Source of the DNA: Candidatus Latescibacterota bacterium
GTDB lineage: Bacteria; Latescibacterota; UBA2968; UBA8231
Direction: 5' to 3'
NCBI GenBank assembly: GCA_965243025.1
Contig: CBDETY010000003.1
Coordinates: 3,072,001-3,136,000, forward strand
Length of the DNA: 64,000 nucleotides
In this document: positions 37,062 to 46,770 of the stretch, piece after piece
How the letters are laid out: every line of letters starts with the position of its first letter
Numbering within the stretch: position 1 is the first letter of the stretch
Notes under the pieces: model-generated
Told to the model about the DNA's origin: nothing
Database searches by the model: none
Seen by the model: only the letters and a program-made list of their open reading frames with translations
Made by a program: the position numbers and the translations under genes

Positions 37062-39326
37062 TCAGTCGCTAAACCGCCTGAGCACACCATCCCAGGTTAC
37101 CACGGCGATTCCGTCCTCGAGCGGGACCGGCGCGGCCGTTATCGGCGACCCGAACTCCACCGTCCCTTCGCATTCGCCGGAATCGGCGTTCAGGTGGCAG
37201 ATCACCCCGTCGGCCCCGCAGGCGACCACCTGCCCGCCGTGGATGACGGGCCGCGCAAGAACCGTGCTTCCCCCACGGCGCTGGGGAGCCATGTCGAGCA
37301 GGGCTTCCCCTGTCTGGAACTCCCACCTCACCTTGCCGGTGCCGAGATCGCATGCCATCACCTTGCCGTCTCCGGTTCCCGCATACAAGAGCGGTCCCTC
37401 GGCGGCGAGCCCGGTGACGTAGTTGTCCGCTACGGCGCTTCCATCCAGCACCTTCTCGTCGAACAGGACCCCGCCGTCCCGGGCCCGAACCGCGAGGAGA
37501 CGGTTCGGCTCGCCGCCGCTCACCACCGCGTCTCCCGCCAGGATCGGCGAAGCCCACCAGTCCTGGCTGGCGGTGAGCACGTGCTCCCAGACGGTCCGCC
37601 CGCTTTCCCGGTCGAGGGCGGTCAGGGCCCGCCGCGGAACCAGGCAGATCAGCAGCCCGCCGCAGACGATCGGGGTGAACCACGCCCCCCACTTGTCGCC
37701 GGCCGGGTCGGCAATGAGATCGAGGGTGCCGCTGAAGCGCCTGAACCACAGCGGCTCTCCGGTGCGGGCATCGCAGGCGCCGTACCCGGACTTGGCCCCG
37801 GCGTACACGACGCCGCCGGCGACCGCGGGAGAGCCGGCCATCCAGCGTTCGGGAAAGCCGGGGGTGTCCGCGTGCCAGAGGACTTCTCCCGTCTCCTCGT
37901 CGAGGGACCACAGCCGGCCGCAGTCCGACATGGCGAACAGCGCCCCGTCCGCGGCGGCTACGCTGTTGCGAACCGCCGAATCGGTGCGGCAGTGCCAGAG
38001 GATCGAGCCGTCGTCGAGGTCGACGCGGCAGACGCCGCTCTGACTGCCGTCGTCGTCGTCCTGCAGGCTCAGGATGAGGCCGCCTTCGCAAAGGACCGGC
38101 GCGGCCCGGTGAACGCGCCCCGGCAGACGGGTTTCCCAGACCGGGCGCGGGGCGCTTCCTGACTCTGCGGCTGCCGGGACGCCGGCGGGGGGCGCCTCCT
38201 GCGAGCGCCCTTCCAAGCCGCCCTTCGAGCCGCGCTTCGAGCGGTCCTTTGAGCGCCCCTTTGAGAGGTCCTTTGAGCGGTCCTTTGAGCGCCCTCCGGC
38301 AGCGCGCAGCTCCATGTCGAACCTGTCGCCGTCGAAATGCAGGGCCCGGAAACCGCGCGGATCGGTGCTGCTGCCCCCCCAGCACAGGGGCGGTGTCGAG
38401 GCGATCACCATCTCGCCCTGACGGAATGCCCGGCTCGTGTGGGTGTGGCCGTGGAGGACCAGCCGGACGTCGTACTTCGCCAGCCGCTCCAGCAGGTCGG
38501 TCCGCGGCGGCATGTGCACTCCCACGGCGATCGGTCTGCCGGCCGGCTGCAGCGCCAGGTCCGCCTCGAGCCAGCGCTCCTTGCGCAGCTGGTCGTAGGC
38601 GGAGAACTCGTGCTCCTCGTTGGGGTAGAGGACGAAATGCCAGCTGCCGTAGTCGAAGCTGTAGTGGGTGGGGCCGAGTACCCTCTCGAAATACCCCGTC
38701 AGGGTCACGCCCGCGTTGGAATCGTCGAGCCAGTCGCGGACCTCGCTGCCTTCCTCCACCCGCCTTCCCGGCGTCCGCGCCTGCAGGACGTTGGAGTCGT
38801 GGCCGCCGAAGCCGAGGTGCAGCGGCGTGGCCGCGGCCTCGGCGACCGCGCGGAATGCCTCGAGCTCCTGGATCGAGCCTGAGTTGGTCAGGTCGCCGGT
38901 GAGAAGCATGAAAGCCGGGGACAACATCTGCTCAACCTCTGCGATCTCCCCGGCGAGGATTTCCGGAGACGCCAGGTTGAAACCGGGCCCCTGACGGTGC
39001 CAGTCCTCCCCGGTGATCAGATGGAGATCGGTGATGTGGGCTGCAGCGAAGCGGCTGGAGGCCTCGCCGAGCCGGGTGAGCTCGAAATGGAACCGCCCGT
39101 CCTCCTCCCCGCGGATCCGCCGGAAATGGGAATCCGCCGGCCGGAATCCCTCCGGGCAGGTGACCGTCAGAAAGCGGTGGATTCCCGGCTGGGCCTCGAT
39201 CTCGTACGCCCCGCCGGCACCGGTACGCTCGATGAGCTCGCCGTTGGATACCGCAACTCCCTCGATCCCCTTCCCCGCCGGATCGGCGACGGTCCCGCTC
39301 AGGTAGATGATTCTCTGGGATATCAA
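37062..39326 (-). CDS. Calcineurin-like metallophosphoesterase fused to a PQQ-like beta-propeller
   Basis: 'GVAVSNG', 'TDLH', 'TGDL', 'GGHD', 'HGHTH'; repeated 'D..TG...W' blades; TTG start inferred. Confidence 0.85.
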   Translation of the reverse strand: MISQRIIYLSGTVADPAGKGIEGVAVSNGELIERTGAGGAYEIEAQPGIHRFLTVTCPEGFRPADSHFRRIRGEEDGRFHFELTRLGEASSRFAAAHITDLHLITGEDWHRQGPGFNLASPEILAGEIAEVEQMLSPAFMLLTGDLTNSGSIQELEAFRAVAEAAATPLHLGFGGHDSNVLQARTPGRRVEEGSEVRDWLDDSNAGVTLTGYFERVLGPTHYSFDYGSWHFVLYPNEEHEFSAYDQLRKERWLEADLALQPAGRPIAVGVHMPPRTDLLERLAKYDVRLVLHGHTHTSRAFRQGEMVIASTPPLCWGGSSTDPRGFRALHFDGDRFDMELRAAGGRSKDRSKDLSKGRSKDRSKRGSKGGLEGRSQEAPPAGVPAAAESGSAPRPVWETRLPGRVHRAAPVLCEGGLILSLQDDDDGSQSGVCRVDLDDGSILWHCRTDSAVRNSVAAADGALFAMSDCGRLWSLDEETGEVLWHADTPGFPERWMAGSPAVAGGVVYAGAKSGYGACDARTGEPLWFRRFSGTLDLIADPAGDKWGAWFTPIVCGGLLICLVPRRALTALDRESGRTVWEHVLTASQDWWASPILAGDAVVSGGEPNRLLAVRARDGGVLFDEKVLDGSAVADNYVTGLAAEGPLLYAGTGDGKVMACDLGTGKVRWEFQTGEALLDMAPQRRGGSTVLARPVIHGGQVVACGADGVICHLNADSGECEGTVEFGSPITAAPVPLEDGIAVVTWDGVLRRFSD
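38203..38298. repeat. 12-bp tandem repeat x8 encoding the interdomain linker (GRSK/DRSK)
   Basis: gagcggtccttt-like units in tandem. Confidence 0.85.
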
Positions 39327-39364
39327 GGGCTCAGTCCTGCGCGCGCGGCTTCCCGGACGCGACA

Positions 39365-40261
39365 CTAATAGAAGAAGGGGTTGGTCCAGGCCCGGCGCCC
39401 GTGCTCGTCGCGCACGGTCACACGCATCCACGGGCTCGGCCAGTTCCGCGTCAGCCGGGCCTCGGTGATGCCGTCCCCCTCCTCGCTCTTCGCCTCGCCG
39501 TCCTTGCCGGTCATCATGATGCGGGAAACCGGTGAGCAGCGCACCTCCACCGTGTCGGGCGGGTGGATCGCGACGTCGTCGATGGTGGGACCGCAGCTGG
39601 CGTAGTAGCGCCCCGCCTTCAGCGCCTCCATCAGCGATCCGGGCGACAGCTCCTCGCTTTTTACCCACACCCACCCCAGGCCGAAGTCGTTGCGGAACGG
39701 CTCGAAGTGGGCGTCGTCGGCCGCGGTGGCCAGGTAATGCTCGTCCTGTTGCAGGAGCAGGTCGGCCGCGTACCAGCTGTGCCCCTTGTCGGTGCAGTCG
39801 GCGACGCCGTTGAAGATCTCGATCGCGTGGATCGGACCCAGGCTGAGGATCTGCTCCGGCGTCAGGAAGGAGTGGTGGGGATGAACGGCGACGACGAAGG
39901 CGCCCGCCTCGAGGGCCCTGGCCGCGATCCCGGGTCCCGACTCCCCTTCCCTCCACGGCTCGAAGTCCAGCGGCAGATCGATGGCGCCGATGTCCCACTT
40001 GAGCGCCGAGCCGGGAATCGGGGCGTGGAGCTCGGCGCCGATGAGGGTCGTGAACCCGTCCGCGCGGAAGGGTCTCGTGTCGACGATGGGGTAGCCGTAC
40101 TGCTCGAGGAAGTGATCGGTTATGGACAGGAAGTGATAGCCGGCCTCCCGGTAGCGGCGGCAGACCTCGCCGGGGGGCAGGGCGCCGTCCGAGCGGGTGG
40201 AATGGGTGTGGATGTTACCCTTCCAGAACTTTCCCGGCTTGTCGAACGGAAGTCGATCCAT
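39365..40261 (-). CDS. PHP-like metallohydrolase (CehA/McbA-like)
   Basis: 'KGNIHTHSTRSDG', 'ITDH', 'VHP', 'DDAH', 'AWTNP'. Confidence 0.88.
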   Translation of the reverse strand: MDRLPFDKPGKFWKGNIHTHSTRSDGALPPGEVCRRYREAGYHFLSITDHFLEQYGYPIVDTRPFRADGFTTLIGAELHAPIPGSALKWDIGAIDLPLDFEPWREGESGPGIAARALEAGAFVVAVHPHHSFLTPEQILSLGPIHAIEIFNGVADCTDKGHSWYAADLLLQQDEHYLATAADDAHFEPFRNDFGLGWVWVKSEELSPGSLMEALKAGRYYASCGPTIDDVAIHPPDTVEVRCSPVSRIMMTGKDGEAKSEEGDGITEARLTRNWPSPWMRVTVRDEHGRRAWTNPFFY

Positions 40262-40380
40262 CCCCTTTCGCCTACGGCCGCCGGGGCCGGGAAACGCCGG
40301 GCATCAGCGCGGGCGCCACTCGGTCTGCGGCGGGAGCCGCGCCGGTGCGGTGACGGTCAGTCCGGGGGGAGTCCGACCCG

Positions 40381-40782
40381 TCACTCATCAACGTGGCTCA
40401 GGACAAGATCCCGCAAGGTCACCATGCCGAGAGGGTGGCGCTCGTAGTCGACGACCACGGCGCGGGACAGCTCGAAGCGCACGAGCAGGCGCACCGCGTA
40501 GCGGGCGAGCATGGCCGACGGCAGGGTCAGCACCGGTTTCGACATGATTTCGTACACGTTGACGCGCTCGGGTGCGCGGTTCTTTGCGATCACCTCGCGC
40601 GCGATGTCAGCCACCACGAGCACGCCGTACTCGTCGTCGTCGTCCCGCCGGTCGACGGCCAGCGAACTGACCTCGTGCTGCTTCATGAGGGCCATGGCTT
40701 CGGCCACGGTCGCCAGCCTGCCGATGGTGTATAGTTCGGAGCCCATGACGTCTCCGACCCGGATGATGCGTTTCTCGCTCAT
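40381..40782 (-). CDS. CBS-domain pair protein
   Basis: 'VGDVM', 'IMSKPV', 'GMVTLRDL'. Confidence 0.9.
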   Translation of the reverse strand: MSEKRIIRVGDVMGSELYTIGRLATVAEAMALMKQHEVSSLAVDRRDDDDEYGVLVVADIAREVIAKNRAPERVNVYEIMSKPVLTLPSAMLARYAVRLLVRFELSRAVVVDYERHPLGMVTLRDLVLSHVDE

Positions 40783-41129
40783 AGCTCTTCATCCACTTCT
40801 TCGAGGATGGTGGGGAGTTGGGTGGTCAGACCGACGGCGTCCTCGATCGGCACCTGGAAGGCGATGCCGGCGCCGGGTTCCTGCTCGAAACGCCCGGCGT
40901 CGCGGATGCGCTCCAGGATGTCCCGCGCCCGCGTCTCGACCACCAGGAACAGGACGACGTCGCGCCGGGCCGCCAGGTCGAGACCGAAAAAGGTCTTCTG
41001 CGGCTTCAGGCCTTCGCCGCGCACGCCGGTAATAATCGTCGCGCCGGTCGCGCCGCCGGCGCGCGCCGCGTCGACCACGGTATCGGTCTTGTCGTCGTTG
41101 ACCAGGGCGACGATCAGTTTCAGTTGCAT
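40779..41129 (-). CDS. P-II family signal transduction protein
   Basis: 'KLIVALV', 'GATGATI...RGEG', 'PGAGIAFQVPIEDAVG'. Confidence 0.9.
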   Translation of the reverse strand: MQLKLIVALVNDDKTDTVVDAARAGGATGATIITGVRGEGLKPQKTFFGLDLAARRDVVLFLVVETRARDILERIRDAGRFEQEPGAGIAFQVPIEDAVGLTTQLPTILEEVDEEL

Positions 41130-41132
41130 GGC

Positions 41133-41918
41133 TCAAGTCTCCTGGGATTGTCTGGCGTTCCGCCGGCGTCCCACCCAGGACACTGCCATAGCATAGCCCA
41201 GCACGGACATGATGGGAAAGACGCTGGCGAAGGCGATGAGGCCGAACCCGTCGATCAGCGGGCTGCGCCCGGGAACGGTTGCGGCGAGCCCGAGGCCCAG
41301 CGCCGCGACCACGGGCACGGTGACGGTCGACGTGGTGACGCCGCCGCTGTCGTAGGCGAGGGGCACGATGGTCCGGCTCGAACGGAAGGTCTGGGCGATC
41401 ACCACGACATAGGCGGCGATGATGTACCAGGGCAGGGGGGTGCCGGTGACGATGCGGAAGCAGCCCAGCGCCACCCCCGCGGCGACCCCGACCGCCACGG
41501 CGATTCTGAGGCCCCAGGCGTGGATCGCGCCGCCCGAGATCTCCTCGGCCTTGAGGGCGACCGCGATGAGCGAGGGCTCGGCCACCGTGGTCGCAAACCC
41601 GATGGCGGCGGCAAAGAGGTAGACCAGCAGGTAGTCGTACCAGTCGACGCCGTCGGCCAGACTCGCCTTGCCGATGGTTTCCGGAGCGGTGAGCTGGCGC
41701 GCCATGGTCTCGCCGATGGGAAAGAGGGCCTCCTCCAGGCCGATGAGGAAGAGGGTGAGGCCCATAAGGACCAGGACAAACCCGGCCGCGATCCGGCCCA
41801 GGTGCGGAAGGTTGCGGCGCAGCACCGCTACCTGGAACAGAACGAGGATGCCGATAATCGGCGCCACGTCGAGCGCGGTGGAAAGCGCGGTGTCGGCAAT
41901 GGTGCGCAGGAACTCCAA
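41133..41918 (-). CDS. DUF1538 family membrane protein
   Basis: 'GFATTVAEP', '[15 protein letters not shown]', '[10 protein letters not shown]'. Confidence 0.88.
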   Translation of the reverse strand: MEFLRTIADTALSTALDVAPIIGILVLFQVAVLRRNLPHLGRIAAGFVLVLMGLTLFLIGLEEALFPIGETMARQLTAPETIGKASLADGVDWYDYLLVYLFAAAIGFATTVAEPSLIAVALKAEEISGGAIHAWGLRIAVAVGVAAGVALGCFRIVTGTPLPWYIIAAYVVVIAQTFRSSRTIVPLAYDSGGVTTSTVTVPVVAALGLGLAATVPGRSPLIDGFGLIAFASVFPIMSVLGYAMAVSWVGRRRNARQSQET

Positions 41919-41919
41919 C

Positions 41920-42654
41920 TCAGACCACCATGCCGTAGGCGAGGACGAAGATCATGGGCGTCAGGCTGGCGAAGGCGATGAGCCCGAAGCCGTCGACCAT
42001 CGGGTTGCGCCCCCGGATCGACGTCGCCAGCCCGACACCCAACGCGGTGACGAGCGGCACCGTGATCGTGCTGGTGGTGACGCCGCCGGAATCGTAGGCC
42101 ACGCCGATGATCTCCGGGGGCGCGAACGCGGTCATTGCGGTCACCACCACGTAGCCCCCGATGATCAGCCGGTGGAGGGGCCAGCCCTTGAGGATGCGCA
42201 GCACCCCGAGCAGGATCGCCGCGCCGACCGAGAACGCCACCACCATGCGCAGCTCGAAGGCGTACGTGGAGCGCGCCTCGTCATCGGCGGCGATGGCCCC
42301 GGCTTCGGCTGCGACTTCGGCCGCTTCGGCGGCAACGGCGATCAGGGCCGGCTCCGCGACCGTGGTGCCGAAACCCAGGCAGAAGGCGAACGCCAGCAGC
42401 GCTGCCGCGCTCCCCTTGCGCGCAAACGCCTGCGCGATGGCCTCGCCGAGGGGAAACAGACCGCTTTCGAGCCCCTGGATGAAGAGCGTCAGGCCGGCGA
42501 TAACGCAGAACAGGCCGACGGCGACGCGCCCGAGATTCGGAAAGGGCTGCTGCAGCACCACGATCTGAAAGAACGCGATGACGATGATGATGGGCGCCAG
42601 GTCGCGCAGCGAGCCGACGATCCGCCGCAACACCGCGGCCAGGGCTCTGGTCAC
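41920..42654 (-). CDS. DUF1538 family membrane protein (paralog)
   Basis: 'GFGTTVAEP', '[15 protein letters not shown]', '[10 protein letters not shown]'; GTG start with GGAG RBS. Confidence 0.88.
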   Translation of the reverse strand: MTRALAAVLRRIVGSLRDLAPIIIVIAFFQIVVLQQPFPNLGRVAVGLFCVIAGLTLFIQGLESGLFPLGEAIAQAFARKGSAAALLAFAFCLGFGTTVAEPALIAVAAEAAEVAAEAGAIAADDEARSTYAFELRMVVAFSVGAAILLGVLRILKGWPLHRLIIGGYVVVTAMTAFAPPEIIGVAYDSGGVTTSTITVPLVTALGVGLATSIRGRNPMVDGFGLIAFASLTPMIFVLAYGMVV

Positions 42655-42898
42655 GGCCGCTCCCCGGATTCCTTTGGGGGCCTTCCGACAATCCCGGGAG
42701 TGCCCCGGGCGGCGAAGATGCCTGGAGTTTCCCGGCCCTGCCATAAGGGCATCCCGCAGATCGGTTCAGCAGATCGCGCCTTGGGCGGTACTGGAAAAAG
42801 CGGGTTGCCGGTTGTCTGGCGGGTGCAGGACATGGGCAGGATTAACGGGATTGAGGCTGATTCTGAAAAGGTTCCATGCAATCGGGTAGGTCGCCCCG

Positions 42899-45802
42899 TC
42901 AGCCCCTATGGCCGGGGGAAATTTCGAGCGGACCAGGTTGCTGCACGTTTCGGGTATAGCCGCATTCAGGCCAGGTCGAGCAGCCGAGGAAGCGGCCGTG
43001 TCTGCCGATCCGGGTCTGCAGCCAACCGCCGCAGTGGGGGCAGGCCTCGATCTGCTGCCGGCAATCCCGGCAGCGGAACCCTCCGTTCGCCGCGACCGGC
43101 AATCCCTCGCCGCAGGCAGGACAGGCCGGCTGCCTGTGCTTGCAGTACGGCCAGTTCGAGCAGCCGTAGAAGACGCTCCTGTTGCGGGCGTTCTCGCGGC
43201 GGACCAGGCGTCCTTCGACGCATCTGGGACAGGGCGCATCCTGCTCCGGCGAACGCCCGAAGACGGCGACGCCGCGGTTCCCATCGATCAGCTCCTGGAC
43301 GAAGGCGGAAGGGGGGCCCCCGTCGGCGAGAAGGAAAACCTGGCGTCTTGCCCGGGTCATGGCGACGTAGAGAAGACGCCGCTCCTCGGCATTCGGATGT
43401 TCGTCCGGGGCGGCAAGAACGAGATCGAGAAGCGGGTCGTCGGCGATCTCCGCCGGAAAGCCATGCCTCCCCGAGCACAGGCCGAGGACCACCGCATAGT
43501 CGGCTTCGAGTCCCTTGGAGCCATGTACGGTCTTGAAGGACAACCGCAGACGCGGGTACTGGCTTGCCAGGCCGGGCAGGTCGGGGGGCCGCAAGTGCCG
43601 GTAGCGTCCCAGCAACAGCACGCTGGATGCCTCCCGGCGCGCCGCGGCGTCCGCGGCGATCCTGTCGAGGGCTTCCCTCAACAGGGGAAGACCCTGCGCC
43701 CCGGCAAGCCCTGCGTGCACGCACGGTCCGTCCGCCTGGCGCGTCGAACGCACCTTCTTGCGTATCTGGGCGGGGTTGGCGAGAACGAACCGGGTCGCGG
43801 CCTCGGCGATCGCCTCCGGACACCGAAAGGTCGTCTCCAGGTCGATCCGCTCGCTGGCCCCGAAGCGCTTCCCGAAGTCGCGCATGACGGCGATGTCGGA
43901 TCCGGCGAAGCGGAAAATCGCCTGCCAGTCGTCGCCGACGGCGAACAACCGGGCCGCGGGGGACTGGTCGAGCAATGCCTTCAGCAGCCTCGCCCTTGCC
44001 GGAGAGATGTCCTGGAACTCATCGACCAGGATATAGCCGAACGGGCTTCGGTAGCGTCCCGCCTCCACGTGTTCCGTCGCCTTGTCGATCATGTCGTGAA
44101 AGTCGATCTCTCCCAGACCGGAGAGGGTCTCCTGGTAGCGCTCGAAGACCGGTCTGAACAGGGCCAGGAACGCCTCGGCCCGCAGCGGGTCGCCGGCTCC
44201 GGCGGCCCGGCGGGAGAGTTCCTCGAAGGAGAGCTGGGCCCCCTTGAAATGATGAAGGAAGGTTGCCAGCAGACGCAGGAACGGATCGATGCGGCCCTGC
44301 CGCTGGAGGACGGCGAAGACCTCGGCCGGGGGAAGCGGAGACAGGGTGACGCCGTGCGCGGCCAGCTTCTCCCTCAGTCTGACGGTCAACACGCCTGCCG
44401 CCCGTTCCCGGCTGTAGGTCTCGATGAGGACGGTGCCCTTCTCCTCGTGCAGCCGGCGCTTCCACTCCATGTCCCGGAGGTTCTTCTTCCCGTCGACGAA
44501 CGACGCGGTCCGGCCTTCGGCGTCGACCCCGAAATGCTCGATGTAGATCCCCGCCTCCGGGAGATGAAAGTCGGGCAGGTACTGGCGCTTCTCCGGGGTC
44601 GCCGTGTCGTGTTCGTAGGGCGCTTCGTACTCGTAGGGAACCCCGTTCAGGTAGAGGAAGTTGGCGATCTCCCATTCCTCCATGCTCTTGACCCTCTCTC
44701 CCTGGAGAGATCGGATGTCGAAGCGGCGGAGGTAGTCCCAGTATTCCCCCCAGTTCCGGAACTCGTGGTGGCTGCGGTAGGGAGCGGACTGACCCATGAA
44801 CCACCTCAGCAGGGCATCCGATACCTTCCCGGCGGCGAGCAGGCCGGCGAGGATCTCCTTCAGCAGGTCGATCAGCGCCCTTTCGTCCTCTGCCGCCCTG
44901 GCGAGTGAGGGACGCTTGCCCTCGGCCCTGCCGATGATCGACATCCCGAGGCTGTGAAACGTCCGCACCGTCGCGCCGCTGGCCACCTCGTCCCCCAAAC
45001 GGCCCCGGATGCGTTCGTCGAGCTCGTCCCGGGCGTCCCTTGCGAAGGCGAGCAGGAGCAGTTCCGACGGGCGCCGGAAGCCTCTCAGCACGAGCCAGCC
45101 GGCCTTGGCGACGATCACCGAGGTCTTGCCGCTGCCGGCCGCGGCGACCACGAGGTTGCGGTCTTCGTCGACGACGACGGCTCTGCGCTGCTCGTCCGTG
45201 AGGGGCCGCGCCTCCACCCGGTCGAAGAACGCCCCGGACCGCTCCAACTCCCTGGCGAGGTAGGTTTCGTTGGCCCTCGCCCTGAACGCATCGGGGCTTT
45301 TCAGGAACCCCCGCACCACCGCCAGCATCCCGGCTTCGGGAGCGTTCGCCAGAGTGTCCGGCCATTTGCCCGGAAAGTGGGCGTCCACTTCCCGCGCGCG
45401 CTTCTCGAGATCGCGGCAGAGGTTGCGGCCCATGTATCGCGGCGGGTCTTCGAACTGCCCCAGGCGCTCGTGGACCGAGCGGAGCCCCTCGCTCGGGGCC
45501 GCGAGCTCCCGGCGCCACCAACCGACTCGGGCAGCTTCCAGCGCCGCCGCAAGCGCCTCCGCGTCAGCCCGCCTCAGCCCGGAAACGGCCTCGGTCCCGG
45601 AGGCATGACGGACCCTCACCCGGCCCCAGCGCCGCCCCGCCTTCAGTTCCGCGGAATCGATGGCGCCGAGAGGGATCTCTCCGGACCGGGACGCATACGT
45701 CAGTCTCAAGGCCGCGGCCCCGACGGCGGCGGCCCTGGCGTCCCGGCTGCGGAAGATCCGGAACAGGACCGACGCGAGCCCGGGCGCCCGGGAGAAGGTC
45801 AC
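42899..45802 (-). CDS. UvrD-like (helicase IV-type) helicase with inserted nuclease-like domain and C-terminal C4 zinc ribbons
   Basis: 'AAAGSGKT', 'VDEFQD', 'VGDDWQAI', 'TVHGSKGLE', 'YVAMTRAR'; insert 'KSMEE..IANFL...PDF...YIEHFG'; CxxC repeats. Confidence 0.9.
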   Translation of the reverse strand: MTFSRAPGLASVLFRIFRSRDARAAAVGAAALRLTYASRSGEIPLGAIDSAELKAGRRWGRVRVRHASGTEAVSGLRRADAEALAAALEAARVGWWRRELAAPSEGLRSVHERLGQFEDPPRYMGRNLCRDLEKRAREVDAHFPGKWPDTLANAPEAGMLAVVRGFLKSPDAFRARANETYLARELERSGAFFDRVEARPLTDEQRRAVVVDEDRNLVVAAAGSGKTSVIVAKAGWLVLRGFRRPSELLLLAFARDARDELDERIRGRLGDEVASGATVRTFHSLGMSIIGRAEGKRPSLARAAEDERALIDLLKEILAGLLAAGKVSDALLRWFMGQSAPYRSHHEFRNWGEYWDYLRRFDIRSLQGERVKSMEEWEIANFLYLNGVPYEYEAPYEHDTATPEKRQYLPDFHLPEAGIYIEHFGVDAEGRTASFVDGKKNLRDMEWKRRLHEEKGTVLIETYSRERAAGVLTVRLREKLAAHGVTLSPLPPAEVFAVLQRQGRIDPFLRLLATFLHHFKGAQLSFEELSRRAAGAGDPLRAEAFLALFRPVFERYQETLSGLGEIDFHDMIDKATEHVEAGRYRSPFGYILVDEFQDISPARARLLKALLDQSPAARLFAVGDDWQAIFRFAGSDIAVMRDFGKRFGASERIDLETTFRCPEAIAEAATRFVLANPAQIRKKVRSTRQADGPCVHAGLAGAQGLPLLREALDRIAADAAARREASSVLLLGRYRHLRPPDLPGLASQYPRLRLSFKTVHGSKGLEADYAVVLGLCSGRHGFPAEIADDPLLDLVLAAPDEHPNAEERRLLYVAMTRARRQVFLLADGGPPSAFVQELIDGNRGVAVFGRSPEQDAPCPRCVEGRLVRRENARNRSVFYGCSNWPYCKHRQPACPACGEGLPVAANGGFRCRDCRQQIEACPHCGGWLQTRIGRHGRFLGCSTWPECGYTRNVQQPGPLEISPGHRG

Positions 45803-45806
45803 GGGT

Positions 45807-46697
45807 TCAAGCTGAACTGGAATGCTGGGCTTCCCACTCTTCCCACGTCGGCTTGCGGCCTTCGGTGAGCACGACGAGCGGCACCCTTCCCCCCGCCAGG
45901 ATTTTGTTTTTCGCGTACTCGGCGGCTTGGCGTTCCCCGGCAGTCAGATCCGCCCGGTCGGGCGTTGGGAAGTAGCGGAAATCGATGCTCCAGCGGCATT
46001 CCCTCGTCCTGTTCACCTTGCTGGTGTGCACGCAGAGGTTCGACAGGAACAACGCGCCGCCAGGTTCGAGAGGAACGGGAACCGGAGTGCCGCGCGCCTC
46101 GACATCCTCCTCCATGCGCACGTTCAGGTCCGCGCCTCGCGCGCCGTCCAGCAACCCCCAGCGGTGACTGCCCGGAAGGACCCAGCAGCACCCGTTCTCG
46201 ACGGTCGCCTCGACGAGCGGCACCCACACTGTAACCATGCGCAGGCTGCCGGTGTGCTTCTCCTTCCTGCCGATGGTCAGCTGGTCGAAATACTGGCTGT
46301 CCTGATGCCACGGAAACGAAGTGACGACGCTGCCGGGGAGCTTCGTCCGCAACGCCGGGGTGCCGACGTTCAGGACCTCGGGTCCGAGGAGAAGGCCGAC
46401 CACATCGAGAACGCCGGGAAGGTTGTAGAGATCGTAGAACTCGGGCCCGAACATCCCGAAATCCCAGCTGCGCGGCGATATGCCCAGTTCTTCGCAGACT
46501 GCGGCGTACCGCCGCCCGAAGGACTCGTCCTCATGGCACGACGACAGCTTCCCTTCACGGTGCAACTCCCGGCTGTAGGCATCGACCTTTTCCCTGATGA
46601 AGTCGCACATCGGCTCCAGATCCCCGACATCGACAAGGTCCTTGACCACTGCGTAACCGTCCCGCTCGAAAGCAGCCCTTATTTCCTGGTCTTTCAT
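45807..46697 (-). CDS. PhyH family dioxygenase
   Basis: 'PWHQD', 'WVPLVEATVENGC', 'PGSH', 'HTS..N...RWSIDFRY'. Confidence 0.9.
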   Translation of the reverse strand: MKDQEIRAAFERDGYAVVKDLVDVGDLEPMCDFIREKVDAYSRELHREGKLSSCHEDESFGRRYAAVCEELGISPRSWDFGMFGPEFYDLYNLPGVLDVVGLLLGPEVLNVGTPALRTKLPGSVVTSFPWHQDSQYFDQLTIGRKEKHTGSLRMVTVWVPLVEATVENGCCWVLPGSHRWGLLDGARGADLNVRMEEDVEARGTPVPVPLEPGGALFLSNLCVHTSKVNRTRECRWSIDFRYFPTPDRADLTAGERQAAEYAKNKILAGGRVPLVVLTEGRKPTWEEWEAQHSSSA

Positions 46698-46770
46698 CCG
46701 CCGATCTCCTCCAGTCGCTGTTTCGCCATCAAAGTTCCCGGGCCCGTCCTCCCGCCATGCCCTCCCGGTC

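Noticed and set aside
39327-39998. N-terminal extension of the 978-aa ORF
   Set aside because: Arg-rich off-frame read-through of the PHP hydrolase gene; the real start is probably the TTG at 39326
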